A stretch of DNA of 64,000 nucleotides from Octopus vulgaris (GCA_951406725.2 OX597820.1:55118001-55182000), one strand, 5' to 3'. Counted from the stretch's first letter, positions 12,272 through 25,847 are shown. The notes: generated from the sequence alone by a model not told the origin. Numbers and translations: made by a program.

Positions 12272-13142
12272 CAGGGTGTGATGGGTAAATTGTTGCCATT
12301 TTATATTTTTAATTTCACGCATGCACATTGTTTTTAATTTTGTCAACTACACAGCATAGTAGAGTCAGTTGGGTACTGTCTGTGAGAGAAACAGAACCAT
12401 AACGCAATTCAATCTGCCAGAAATTTGGAAACATGCTGTACTGCTTGGCATTCATGCCGGAAGCTCCAAATACAGACAAATAGTGAACACACAGAACAAC
12501 TGTTGGCTTGCCATGTCCCCAAAACATGTACTGAGAGTGATAAAAATCAAACATCCAGTCAACATCATGGTGTTTGGAGTGATCACTAGTGATGGTGATG
12601 TTATGCCTCCATTCATCTTCCCACACGGTCTCAGATTCAATATGGAAGCCTACATCAAGTGCTTGTGATGCCCTGGGTCAAGAGGGTGGCTGCTGGAAGA
12701 CCCTAGGTCTGGCAATAGGACTCTGCACCATGCCTCACAAGCAGGAGAACCCAGTCATGGCTGTCAGACAATTTCTGCGACAACACCACCCTTAACATCT
12801 GGCCACCTAACTCCCCAGACTGCAACCCCCTTAGTTATTATGTATGGGTCGCAGTTGAGTGAGAGACCAACAAAACTTGTAACACCAAAGATGAACTGAA
12901 GGCAAGGATTATGGCAGCATTCACCAACTTAAACAAGGAGACCATCCAGAAGAGTTGCAAGAGATTCTGAAGTCGTCTGAAGACCATGGTTGAAGCCAGT
13001 GGCGATTTTATTAAATAGATTTACTCTTTAGTATTTCAAGATATTTTTATGTAATTTTAGTAAATATATCTGTTAAAATGAGATGTCAGTGTTATTTTCA
13101 TTTTTGCGTAATTTAGACAACAATATATTCACTGTACCTTGT
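12272..13142 (+). mobile_element. Internally deleted Tc1/mariner-superfamily transposon (maT/DD37D-like)
   Basis: TA-CAGGGTG end. Transposase remnants KHPVNIMVFGVITSDG, DSAPC and WPPNSPDCNPL. Confidence 0.85.
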
Positions 13143-13189
13143 ATGTGTGTATGTGTATATATATATATGAATAGGTAGGTATGAAATTG

Positions 13190-14400
13190 CTGGAGCAGGT
13201 CATATGTTACTGGTGCTATTTTTCCACTAAGGCAACTGCAGGAGAAGAATTTAGCCAAAAATAAATCCTGCACTTGGCATTTGTTGACATGCAGTAAGTC
13301 TTTGACAGGGTCCCTCACTTCTCATGAGGTGTTGTTGTGGAAGCCAGGGATAGATGAATGTCTGGTGAGAGCCATCCAAGAGCCATGTACGGGGATGCTG
13401 TCAGTAAGGTGAGAATCACCTATAAGTATAGCAGTGAATTTAGTGTGCAGGAAGGAGATTACTAGGGCTCAGTTCTTAGCCCTCTCTGATAGACCTCCAG
13501 GCCATAACAGAAATTTAAGACTGGTTGCCCATGAGAGCTCCTTTATTCTGATGACCTTGTTCTTATATTTGAATCTATCATAGTGGAAGCAAGGCTTGGA
13601 ATCAGAGGGTCTTAGAGTTAACTTAACAAAGACCAAAGTGTGTAGGAAAGGTCTAAGTAGTAATTCTATGTGGTGTACTCAGTGCAAGCTATGGACACGT
13701 AAAATTTGCAGAGAAATCACAAGAAGATTAACACAGAAAGTGAACTTTGTTTATGGCAGATGTGCAGAAACAATAAACTTTGCACACACATGGGATATAA
13801 ATCTTTTAGGAATATTCAGGAGTATCTTTAGAGATAGTTGATAATTTCTGTTACCTAGTTGATCTAATTAGCTGTGGAAGATGAATATTCTGAAATTATA
13901 ATTGTTTAAACATGAACCAGCTGTGAAAGTTCGGAGAACTATTACCTCTATTGGTAAAATGGCGCTTGTCTCTGAGTTAGATGGTTTAAAGTGTGTGCAT
14001 GAACAGCAATGTTACATGATGGTGAAATGTGGGCTGTGAATGCAGAGGACATATGGAAACTAGAAAATATGATACTAGAAGGTTCTGCTAGATGTGCAAT
14101 GTCAGTGTGCATGTATAACAAAGTGCAAATGTGTTGAGAAAAAATTGAGCATAAAAGGTATCAGATGTAGTGTGTAAGAGCAAAGACTGCTGACATGGTC
14201 AAATGATGCATATGGATGAGGATACCTGTATAAAGAAGTACCAATTACTAAATGTGGATGGAACTTATAGAAAAGGCAAACTTAGGGGAACATGGATGAA
14301 GTAGTGAAGGCTGATATCAAGATGTTGAACCTCAGTGAGAAAATGACGAAGGACTGAGATGATTGGTAGTTGACCATGTTTGAGAAGACCTGTCCATCTC
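13190..14400 (+). mobile_element. Decayed RTE-clade LINE (RT domain and 3' part)
   Basis: RQLQEKNLAKNK, LAFVDM..FDRVP, GSVLSPL and ELLYSDDL remnants. Homologous to 62520-64000. Confidence 0.8.
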
Positions 14401-14933
14401 AGCAAAAATGAGGTCCTGAAAACATATTGTCAATGTCTATGCCCTTATATCCAGTGTGTACTTAAAAAGCCTTTCCCACAACTCAACTTTCTAATAGCTG
14501 TCTTTTCTTCATCCTTAATATGGCTCTATTCCCTCAGCTGCTACAATTATATGAAAGCAGAAACTGAAATTAAAAAGTTTTACAGAAAAAGATGCATAGA
14601 ATTTACACACTTAATTTTTTTTTGTCATTTATTTAAGAAGTTTTTAAAATGTTAGTTGGTAATCATGTATAGCATTATTTTATACTTTTTAGAAATCATC
14701 AGCATGATATAATCTATAATTTATTAATTGAATATTTTATGAAGTGAGACATTTCATTAAAGGTGGAAATAATTACAGTCTGAAGGAAATTCATGGAATG
14801 TGTTTTTTTTTTCACATTAATAGCTATTATTTATTTATATCCTTTGTATGTCTACTTCAAGTATTTACTTTCATTAGAAACAAGTTTTTCTTTAACAGGC
14901 ATAATTGCAGCAGCTATTATTATTATTATTATT

Positions 14934-15500
14934 ATTACCTTGCATGCGTAAGCGAAAGCAGGGTATTGTAACCACTTGTCTTTGTTTTTCTGCTTGTTTG
15001 CAAAATTCCTGGAAAACAGCTGAATGGATTTTCACCCTGTTTGACAGAAATACTCATTGCATGAGTGTCTTAAAATTATGAAAATTTGGTTTGATTACCT
15101 TCAAACATACACAGCGTCTATTTCTAGTGTGTTGTTGGGGTTTATCCACACACTTCAATATAATATATAATTATAAATTAGTATAAGTACATACATAGAT
15201 ATGTGACTCTGCGTGCGCGCGTGTGTGTATATACAGTGGTGGATTCAAGAGTTTCATTTATTTATGAGTTGATTTCTTAATTTTACCAGAGTATAAATAC
15301 CTATAATGGTGATACTTGAAAAAAAAAACAAATTTAAAAAAAAATCGAACTTATAGATTTCCTGAGAAGCAAGTTTAGTCAAACACTTGCAAAGCTTAAT
15401 TCAGTTCATTTAAAAAGCATGGGTAAGCAATGCATTGTAAGCCACATAATAATTTGTGGAAAAATTTATCTGTGTGCAAGGTATGCAAACAGATAAATTT
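14934..15500 (+). mobile_element. Putative Helentron-associated non-autonomous element (HINE/DINE-1-like)
   Basis: 5' subterminal hairpin TACCTTGC..GCAGGGTA, a distal GCAAGGTA copy near the 3' end and a terminal AAATTTATCTGT/ACAGATAAATTT stem. Flanked by (ATT)n. Confidence 0.5.
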
Positions 15501-15526
15501 CATTATTATTATTATTATAGTTATTA

Positions 15527-15935
15527 AGGTGGTGAGCTGGCAGAATCGTTAGCATGCCAGACAAAATGCTTAGCAGTATTTCTTGTCTTTGTTCTGAGTT
15601 CAAATTCCACCAAGGTCAACTTCACCTTTCATCCTTTTGGGGGTTAATAAATTAAGTACCAGTTGCATACTGGGTCAATCTAATTGACTGGTCCCCTTCC
15701 CCAAAATTTCAGGCCTTGTGTTATTGAGGTGGTGAGCTGGCAGAATTGTTACCATGCTGGACAAAATGTTTAGCAGTATTTCTTCCAGTTTTACATTCTG
15801 AGTTCATATCTCGCTGAGGTCAGCTTTGCTTTTCATTCTTTGGAGGTCAATAAAATGAATACCAGCAGAGCACTGGGGTGGATGCACAGGACTAATTCCA
15901 TCCCAGAAAATTTCAGGCCTTGTTCCTATAGTTGA
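15527..15935 (+). mobile_element. Two tandem family B SINEs; other copies near 4555, 7260, 16948, 17901, 47311, 47550 (+) and 42850-43055 (-)
   Basis: GGTGGTGAGCTGGCAGAAT head, GAGTTCAAATTCC B-box and GACTTTGCCTTTCATCCTTT...AAGTACCAG body. Usually adjacent to (ATT)n. Confidence 0.82.
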
Positions 15936-15947
15936 TAGAATTAAAAA

Positions 15948-16928
15948 GGAGGGCTTGGCATGCCTTGGCTGCTGGTGTGTAAACACAATGCTGAAGTTAC
16001 ACTACTCACAGTTGTTCCTGGACAACGAGCTGGTGTGGTCTCAACTTGTAAGAAATGTCTTTCTGCAGCTCATCTCTTTGCTAGAGCTGCAGTCCTGGGT
16101 CAAGAAAAGACCTGGTCCCTACCTGGAATATCATCAGGTGTCAACAAGGATGAATTAGTTGACCTACCATGGATAACTTCTAGAAATCCCTGACCTGACA
16201 GTGCTACTGAAGAGCACCGCCAGTTCAAGATAAACCTTACAGGCATGGAAGCACCACCAGGCAGGACTGTCTGAGAGCAATGAGACCATATTGCACACAC
16301 TTGTACAGTGTCCAAGCATTGCTGACTTGTAGAGTTATGCTAAACAGCTGCTATTGAGTGTAGGACGAAGTGACTATTGGCCAAATCCATTCTAAGGATT
16401 GCCCCACCACCTATGTTTAACAAGACAGAACAGATAGTGTTTTGTGACTATGGTGAAAGTGGTTGTGTAGTAGCAAAGCTGAAAGGATTGAGGAAAGACA
16501 CTTTCTTCCTTGGTCAAGCCTTTGTTGACTTTTTTAATTTTCAACTTGGAAAGGAAAGTGAGGTTTGAGAAGGAAGTGCTACCTCCCATTGGATTTGTAA
16601 AAAAATTGTTAGGGTGGATAGACCTACTCTAAGCATGTGCCTGTAGATTGGAGAACAGCAGTTGGGCAAGGGCTCATGCCTTTGTTGGTCAGAGTAATCC
16701 TGGATTTGTGGAGTTCCTTGATCGGCCCTACTTGGAGTTTCTTTTGTTTCATGAGAACTGCCTTGTTCATGTCATCACATACTTTGTATAATGATCACAT
16801 TTCACTATCTTTTCCATTTCTTTCCCCTCATCTTTTATGTAAACCCTAATGCAAATTGTAGGCTGTCCATATGATCCTCTCCTCATCTATGCCACTGTGG
16901 TTAATAAAAGAAATCATTATTATTATTA
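15948..16928 (+). mobile_element. 3' portion of an L1/Tx1-like LINE
   Basis: GLGMPWL motif, C-terminal HI..TC..CPSI zinc-knuckle-like remnant, pyrimidine-rich 3'UTR, AATAAA and (ATT)n tail. Confidence 0.55.
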
Positions 16929-17157
16929 GCAGAATAATTATAAACAGCAAGCTGGCAGAATCACTAAAATGCTGGATACAATGCTTAGCAAGCATTTCAT
17001 TTGTCCTTATGTGCTGAGTTCAAATTCCACCGAGGTTGACAATGCTTTTCATCCTTTTGGTGTTGATAAATTATGTACCATTTGAACACTGGGGTCACTA
17101 TAATTGTCTAACCCCTTCCCACCAAAATTCCAAGCCTTGCACCTATAGTAGAAAGTT

Positions 17158-17200
17158 CAGTAGTACCTTGGTTTTCGAACAACTCATGAATAGATCATGC

Positions 17201-17259
<59 letters not shown>

Positions 17260-17389
17260 CAGGATTTATTTGTGATCAGAGGCATTCATAAACTGAAGTA
17301 CTACTGTATTAAATGAATATGAGAAAGGCAGGAGATAAAGCACGATTTATTCGTGATCAGAGTTGTTCGAAAACCGAGATACTACTGTA
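17158..17389. mobile_element. pogo/Tigger-like MITE with internal (TA)n and duplicated right end
   Basis: CAGTAGTACCTTGGTTTTCGAACAACTC ... GAGTTGTTCGAAAACCGAGATACTACTG-TA. An extra degenerate right TIR ends near 17308. Confidence 0.75.
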
Positions 17390-18329
17390 TTATTATTAGG
17401 GCAACTGATAATGCTTAATATAATTTAAGATAATGTTTAATATAATTTAGTCTATATTTTGAATTCAAGTTTCTATGGTGTTCAGTTTGTCTTTCATCTT
17501 ACTGGAAGGATGGTGGTGGGGAGGATGTAATCAACTGTTTCCTTATTCCAAAATTTGTTGCCTTGTGCTTAGGTTCCATTCGAAATTCATGACTTAAGGT
17601 GGACATAGATATACAGCAATCAGAAAAATATAACCTTCCCCACCTGCATGTTTCCTGGTTATCTTCCAACCATACCCTGACCTGTCTGGTATGGTTGGCC
17701 TTTGGCTTCTCTGTGAGAGTCTTTCATCCATTGTGACGTTTTATTTTTGATTGCTAGCTGCTTACACACTCTTCTCATACAATAAACTGAAGGGAGAGTT
17801 GTCCATGGCTATGAAACAGATTCTGTTGGATTACATGGTACCAGTAACAGATGGAATTTAACCTAATTATATCATTACTATTGTCATTATTTCAGTTAGG
17901 AGGACGGCGAGTTGGCAGAATCATTAGTGTGCTGGACGAAATGCTTAGCAGTATTTCGTCTGCTGCTACGTTCTGAGTTCAAATTCCGCCGAGGTTGACT
18001 TTGCCTTTCATACTTTCAGGGTTGATGAATTAAGTACCAGTGAAACATTGGGGGTCCATGTAATCGACTAGTCCCTTCCCCCAAAATTTCAGGCTTTGTG
18101 CCTTTAGCAGAAAGGATTTTTCAGTTAGGATTGAATATGCCTTTTATTCATTCAAGGTTAATAAAATATATACCACTTATAATATGGGTTTTGATTGAGT
18201 GATCTGTAATATTCTCTTTTAAACATATAAACTTGTATCAAAGTGAGAAACTATTATTAACCACATTTTACCACCTTGTCCATTGCATTAATTCTTTTTT
18301 TTTTGTTTTTGTTTTTTGTTTATTTACAG

Positions 18330-18920
18330 ATTATCGCTTGAGGCGCCAGAAAAGACAGCAGATCCGACAGTTGATCGATGCTATTGAAAGCAATGACCTG
18401 AACAGTGTCTTCAATCTCTGTAACTCCGTCCTTGATATAAACTTCCCTTATCGTAGAAAAACCCCACTTGAGGTGGCCGTTGAACTGGGTCATGTCCAGA
18501 TCTGTTGTGCACTTCTTCAGAAAGGAGCAGATGTCAACCGCTGTAACCAGGGTCTTAACAACTTACTGAACATAGCCTGTCAGAAAGGTTATATCAAAGT
18601 AGCTGAAGTGCTCATCATGAACTCTGCGGACATAGACAGTCGAAATGAGCATGGTGCTACTCCTCTACATTCGGCTGTCTTGAATGGTTTTGTGGAGGTA
18701 GCTAGCATGCTGCTCAACAATGGTTGCGATGTGGATATCCCAAATGACCAGGTGGAAACACCATTGATGACAGCAGTTCGAACGAACAACCATCAGATGG
18801 TGGATCTTTTGTTGAATCACAACTGCCTTGTTGATGCTCATAATTTCCAGATGATTACAGCACTGATGATAGCGACTGGCTGCGGATATCTTGATATTGT
18901 GGGTCGCCTTCTCATTGGAG
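18330..18920 (+). CDS. ASB-like gene exon 2, several ankyrin repeats
   Basis: Polypyrimidine tract and TTTACAG acceptor, GGAG|GTATGT donor. Ankyrin motifs KTPLEVAVELGH, GATPLHSAVLNG, ETPLMTAV. Confidence 0.95.
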
Positions 18921-21046
18921 GTATGTTTTTCAGTTAGAAGAATGCAGGAACATCTGACAAGCTTATATTTTGTATATGACAAGGTTATATATTGAACCAA
19001 CTCCTGACTAGCAGGAGTTAGCTTAGTTTGATTTTTGATGAATAAATGAAACACATTCGATGGGAAATTAAGGTTATGAGCTGTTGACCCCTCAGTACTC
19101 TCTGTTTCATTTTTTGTTTCTTTTTTCTCATGGGTTTTTGAATAAAACTGAAACATATTGAGTATAAAGTTAAGGTGTTTATACAACTGGCCCCTTGAAT
19201 AAAAGTTTAAATTTTGCTAGTGCAGCAACTATACTTTGCTTCCAAATGTTCCACTTTTTGTGGGTTTTTTGTTTTTGCTTTTGGCTAACACTGAAGGTAT
19301 ATATTACTCTGCAGGCCCCTTGGTCTAGAGTTCAAAACCTTGCTATTACAACTATTATACTGTGTTTCATAGTGGTTTACTTTTTGTATTTCTGTCATTG
19401 CTTATGTTTTTTTGGTTGTCACTAAAGCAATTTGATTTGGATAGAGGTGTAACAGCCAAGTGGATAAGGTATTGCACTACCTACATAGAGGTTATGAGTT
19501 CAAACCCACTGCAAGTAGAATGTATTTTATGGTAGAACTCTTTATTCTACAGTGTCTCATTTCATTTAGCCATCATTAGAAATAGGTAGCTAGTCATTTG
19601 GGAATGTAACCTGTTTTAGGCTGGTAACATATATAGTAAGAGTATTATCATTTATCCACCTTATCTTATGTAAATTGCCCTTAAAAGTTTCCTTGGGTTT
19701 AAGGAGGGTGGCATTTAGATGATGACCTTATATTACATTTATTTGACTGTAAGGTCAATATGATTTACTATTGACCACATTGTTAAGTGTAGGAATTTTA
19801 TTGCTGTTCTCATTGTGGTACCTCTTAGGTAAGATGTTTCTTTACATACTCCAGTCTGTCTGATGATTATGCTGTTGATGTTGCTACCTTTTGTTTAACC
19901 CCAAATCATTCTTTATTGAGCAAACATATAATCAAAGACATTCCAGCCGTGTCCTTGACTTTCATGTACAAGGTATGCAGGACTGCACTGTCTAAAGTGT
20001 CTTTTCTTTTATTTTTTTTTCAAAGAGAGAGTGAGATGTTAGTGTTTTTAGGGAGATCTGGTTTTCTATTTCTGGTAGGTTGAGTAATTGCATAGAGGCG
20101 TCCTCATTAGCTTGCTGTTGATGATGATATGTGTGTACATGAAAAGTATTGAACCAATAGCCATATGGTTTAAACCTAAATACTGTAGCCATTATTTGTG
20201 CTTATTGGTCATAAGCACTTGACTACTCATCAGCGAAATAATAGTACTATAGTTAGATATCCATCCATTTAACTGTGAAATGAGAATGCTACAGCTGGAT
20301 GCCTGGTCTCTCTCGCATTGGATTAGCTATTTCTTTGTTATAGATCTATACTCATTCAGAATTAACTGGAGCTTTTTGTATTTTGTGAGTCCAAAAATAG
20401 AGTGATGCCTATGGTCTTTTCTTAAAACAAATAACAGTAACTCACCACAAGGCAAGCACACAGCAGGTGAGATCTTCAGAAGAACTCCCAACCGATAAGT
20501 GTTTTGGTCCTTATACCTGACACTCTTTGGGAGCCAGGCCCACCCAGGTCATGACTCTGCTGCTTTCCAAAATCCTGTCTTCAGTGGGATTTGAGCCTGG
20601 GTTGTTCTTTTTGTGAACTTGTGTTATAGCCCACTAGGCCACTCTGACTGACGAAGGAACCAGTTCTCGTCTTCCTTATATTCCTGTAAATAGCCAATGG
20701 AATCCATAACTAGGTCTATTAGTCATTTCTCTTCACTCACATCTACATTAAACACTTTTCAGCAACATCAGACAAACTTTTGATTGTGGCAGTTCTTATA
20801 AACTATTTGAGATTTCTGTGGGTTAATTAGTTGGAGAAAACAAATAATGGAAAATGAATTCCAAAGACATAGTTGAGTATTGTATGGAGAATTGAAAACT
20901 TATTGATCATAGACAATATTTTAGTCAAGATTCCTTTTAATGGAGATCAGCAGAAATGTAGTATTAAACTATGCAACTTTACATTTTGAATTTAAAATCT
21001 GTTAGGATTGGCTTTGTTTTTCATCCTTCTAGTTGTTGGGAAATTA

Positions 21047-21195
21047 ACATATTTATGTATAAGTTGCATCCCTAATTTAATATTAAATCTTGGTACAAAA
21101 TGTTTTCTGTTTTTAGGTATAGTGTTACCTTAATTATTTTTGCCAGTTCAAAATCAAGTATAAAATAATGCAACTTATACATGAGAAAATATGAT
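21047..21195. mobile_element. Short Tc1/pogo-type MITE remnant
   Basis: CATATTTATGTATAAGTTGCA ... TGCAACTTATACATGAGAAAATATG inverted ends. Confidence 0.5.
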
Positions 21196-21303
21196 AATTT
21201 CCAATTATATACTGAGATTTGATTATATTGACTACTTGTCCTTTAAAACTTTGTACTAGTATAGGAGAAATTAATATTGCTGGTTATGATTTAACTGTTA
21301 CAG

Positions 21304-21450
21304 GAGCAGATATTAACCGAAGGGACCGCTATGGCTGTACAGCTTTGTTTTATGCTGTGTCTGAGGGTTACCGAGATGTTGTAAAACTGTTATTGTCATC
21401 TGGTTCTGATGCCGATATTAAGACCGTCAAGAAGCTCACATGTTTGACTG
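21304..21450 (+). CDS. ASB-like gene exon 3 (GADINRRDRYGCTALFYAVSEGY...LT)
   Basis: TTACAG acceptor, G|GTAAGT donor, phase 1-1, ankyrin consensus. Confidence 0.93.
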
Positions 21451-23276
21451 GTAAGTTTACACCATTTTATTAGAATACCTCTCTCTCTCTCTTACACACA
21501 TACACACATTTATTTATTTATTTATTGCAGATGTGAGATGTCATGTTATTGGGCTTTCTGCTCATAAATAATGAACTGAAATCTACTGTAAGATTATCAT
21601 TTCAAGGCAGAATACATTGCTCTATGTTGCTGTAATTTGTGTTATTGTCGTCATCATCACCATCATCATTGTTTTAACATCTACTTTTCCATGCTTGCAT
21701 AGATCAGACAAGACTATGTTGAGGTAGTTTTCTATGGCTGCATGCCAAACCTCACCTATTTCCAAGTAAAGTAATAACCTCCAGTCTGTCAAACTGTGTA
21801 TAACCCAGACATGGTTATGCTGAAGAGTGGAAGACTATGACACCATTTGAGTGAGCCTTTTGTTTGCATTCAGTGAATGCACATGGAAACGAGGGGAAAT
21901 ATGAACTCGTTCATGCATATGCAAACATGCAGACATACCTCAGCTTCTGTCTTTTTGAGTTACATCTTTTTCAACATTTTTTTAAAAGTAATAAATGGAA
22001 AAAATAAAACACAATTTCAGTCATTTTATCCAACATTTACATCACTCTCAGCAAACATACAGGCACTGTGTGGTAAGAAATTTGCTTCCCAACCACATGG
22101 TTCTGGGTTCATTTCCATTGCATAATACCTTGGGCGAGTGTCTTCTACTATAGCTCTGGGCTGACCCAAAGCTTGTAACAAATTTGGCAGATGGTACCTG
22201 AAAGAAGCTCATGATATATATGTATATATCATCATCATTATTGCTTAATGTCTGGCTTCCATGCTGGCATGGGTGGGACGGTTTGACAGGAGCCGGCCAG
22301 GCAGAAGTCTGCACCAGACTTTTGCAGGATTTTTACAGCTGGATGCCCTTCCTAACACCAACCACTCAGCAGAGTTGATTTAATGCTTTTTGTGGCACAG
22401 GCAAAGGTGAGGTCAGTTTTGGCATGGTTTTTACAGCTGGATGCCCTTCCAAATGCCTACCACTTCACAGTGTGGACTAGATGCTTTTTATGTGGCACCA
22501 GCACAGGCAGGGTCACCATGTAACTTGTAAGACAAGGAATTTTTGAGAGGGGAGGGGGAATTAGAGGAAGTGATCTTGTGTCAGATGATGAAAGGTTAGA
22601 GTGTGACAGAGAGTCAGAGTGGCAGAAATAGGTGTCTTGCTGTAGAGGAGGTACCTGGCCAGAGAAAGAGAGAGATAAGTTTATACAGGCTTCTTCAGTT
22701 TCTGCCTACCAGTTTCACTTTCAGGGTATTGGTCAACTGTTGGTTATAGAACAGGACGCCAGCCAACAGTGTCCTCTCTGTGAGACCCCTGTCTGCATGG
22801 TCCCAAAGTAAATTTCTTAACCACAGTCTAGGGCAGTGGAATGGCAGTGATATTAAAGTGCAGAATTAAATGCCAGATGCCATTCAGTTATGTTTCTCAT
22901 TGTTTTGAATTCCGATCATGTTGAAGTTATCATTACTTTCCATTCCTCCAAGCTCGGCAGCAAAATTAGCCATTGAGTCAATCGACTATCCATGCTCTTC
23001 TAATCCCTCTATATCCAGAGTGAATGCTAGAAATCAGTAGTAGATACATATTTATTACATGGTTGGTGTTAGAAAGGGCATCCAGCTGTAGAAGCCATGT
23101 GAAAACTGACATGGAGCTTGGGTAGCTCTTCAGCTGGCCAACCCATGCCAACATGGAAAATGGATGTTAAATAATGATGATGATGATGTTGGTGATGATG
23201 ATAATGATGATAGATACTACATATTGTGTGTTTTATTTTCTGTTATTTAAAGTTTCATGTTTAATTATCTTTGCAG

Positions 23277-23390
23277 AAGCCATTAGAAAGAATCATATAG
23301 ATGTTGCAATGTGTCTGCTAGATTACGGATGTAATGTCAACATGTGTGACCGCCAGGGAGCCAGTCCGATCCTTGTAGCAATCAGCCAAT
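23277..23390 (+). CDS. ASB-like gene exon 4 (EAIRKNHIDVAMCLLDYGCNVN...)
   Basis: TTGCAG acceptor, T|GTAAGT donor, phase 1-1, ankyrin consensus. Confidence 0.93.
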
Positions 23391-24049
23391 GTAAGTAGAA
23401 GTCTCAATACCTTCATACATGTATATCATCATTTAATGTCCACCTTCCCTGCTGGCATGGGTGGGATGGTTTGACAGGAGCCGGCCTGGCAGAAGCCTGC
23501 ACCAGACATCTGTGAATGTTTTGTGTAGGCTTCTGCCTAGCTGGCTCCTGTCAAACCATCCACCCATGCCAGCATGGAAGCATATCATTATAATGATTGT
23601 TTTATGTCCATTTTACTATGCTGGCATGAGTTGGATGGGTCTCACAGTTTCTTGGCTCTTGTTATGATCTGTTTAACAACAGTTTAATGGCATACATTAA
23701 ACTGTTGTTTAATATGTCATGTTTTTCCTTTTGGCATTGTTTTAACAATGGGATGCCCTTTCTTCCTATCAAAAACCACATAATATGTGTGTGTACCTTT
23801 TCTACTCTTTGTGAATAATTGTATATTTCTAAGTCTCATTTGTGTTGGAGTCAAGGTGGGACAGCTGCTGTGCCGATGATGTGTATTGAGGAAGAAATGT
23901 TTTGTTCATAGCTGTTTTCTTGTCTCTAGAAAATCAGACTTGTTCTTTAACCACATAGCCCTCACTGTACCTACACATGCCAGTACTCCTCCTCCTCCCC
24001 ACATACATAACATTCACTAATCAGGAGAAGGCCTTTGACCTAATACCAC

Positions 24050-24540
24050 ATTTTTTTTATATGGTTTGAAGACTAGATATAGATGAATGGCTTGTTAGAA
24101 CTCTGCAAGCTATGTATAGACACTGCTAACAATATGAAAGTTAGCAGTAAGTTCAGTAAAGAATTTAATTTGTAGGTCAGTGTCCATTAAGGCCCAGTTC
24201 TTAGCATCTATCTATTCATTTTAGCTCTCCATGCCATAACAAAGAAGTTTAAGGCTGGCTGTTTGTTGTAACTTCTGTATGCCAATGACCTAGTTCTAAT
24301 AGATTTAGAAATTTCAAACATGGAAGCAAAGCTTTGAGTTGATATGCTTCAAAGTAAACTCAACGAAGACAGCACTTTGCCACCATCTGTGAAGCAGCCT
24401 TGTTGATATGCCAAAAAAGAATACACAGGAATTTCATGGGCACATAAGAAATGTAGTGGGACCATAGGCAGACTGACAGAAAATGAAGGTTGCTTATAAG
24501 TTGGATGAAGAGGAGTACTTCACAGGGCACTCCTGAAATA
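24050..24540 (+). mobile_element. Decayed RTE LINE fragment
   Basis: IDEWLVRTLQAMY, GPVLS and LLYANDLVL remnants. Confidence 0.7.
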
Positions 24541-25712
24541 TATTGTGGCCTTAGGTGAATATCAGCATCATCATTATCATCATTTAATGTTCATTTGCTA
24601 TGCTGGCATGGGTTGGATAGTTTGACTGGGGATTGGCAAACCAGGAGGCCGCACCAGGCTCTAATCTGATCTGGCAATGTTTCTACAGCTGGATGCCCTT
24701 CCTAATGCAAACCATTCTGAGAGTGTAGTGGGTGCTTTTTTCATACCACCAGCATGGGAGCCAGTCAGGCAGCGCTGGCATCGGCCACATTCATATGGTG
24801 CTTTTTACATGTCACTGGCACTGGGAGCCAATGAAAATATTATTGTTTCTTCAGTTAGTGGCTGAAACTAGAAAGAAATTAAATGCCTTGCAATATTTAG
24901 TTAAGTACCTTTATTTTACCATCTCTCAATATAAGAAACTATTACTATCAAGTTATCAAGTCATTAAAAGTATAGAACTAGAAGAGGGCTTAACAGACTG
25001 GTTTGCTGTATAAAGTCATGTTCTTTTGCATTGCTTCCTCTGAGTTCAAATAGGGTTAATTAAATATGTACCAGTAATATGCTGTCCCTTCTTTATACAA
25101 ATTGGCCTTTTTCCTAGTCTAAAGAAATCATCAATATTGATTCTATTAGTTTTGCTTTTCATCATGTGTGGAATTGCCAGTGTTGAAAAAATTCAATACC
25201 TTGTGGTATTTGTTCCAGCCCTTTATTATGTTCTGTGTCCAAATACCACTATGGTCAACATCGCTTTTCATCAACTACCCACCACCATCTTTCTCCAAAT
25301 TCCTGGCCTTATGTCTATGTTAGAAACAATTATTTTTGCATTTCATCTTGTTGATGTGAATAAAAATATTTTCTGCAATTGATTCAATCAGTTATACTCC
25401 TCAATAATTTGTGGCTTTAAGTTTATTTTCAAAATTATTACTGTTTATCCTGAACGTAATTGAAATGATAGAGAGACAGACTAAATGCCTTTAGATATAT
25501 ACTTTTACATTTTTAAATCAAACGCTGTTGAGATCAACTTTGCCCTTTATTCTATTGAGATCAATAAAATAAATACCAACCAAGTACTGGGGCAATTAAT
25601 CAGTTATACCCTTCCCCAAATTTATTGTTTTATGCATGTGTTAGAAAGCATCATTATTATCATCATCATCATTATTTCTATTATTAATAAAAATCACTCT
25701 ATTACACTTCAG

Positions 25713-25847
25713 TGACAGTTTATTTTGGCCAACAAGAAAACCCTCGGTCATTAGTGAACAGGTTCATTGAACTGAAATGTGATGTTAATCTTGCTGACAG
25801 CTCAGGAATTCGGCCACTCTATCAGAGTGCTATGGGCGGAGATTTTG
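25713..25847 (+). CDS. ASB-like gene exon 5 (...LKCDVNLADSSGIRPLYQSAMGGDF)
   Basis: CTTCAG acceptor (alternative in-frame ACAG ending 25718), G|GTGAGT donor, phase 1-1. Confidence 0.88.
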
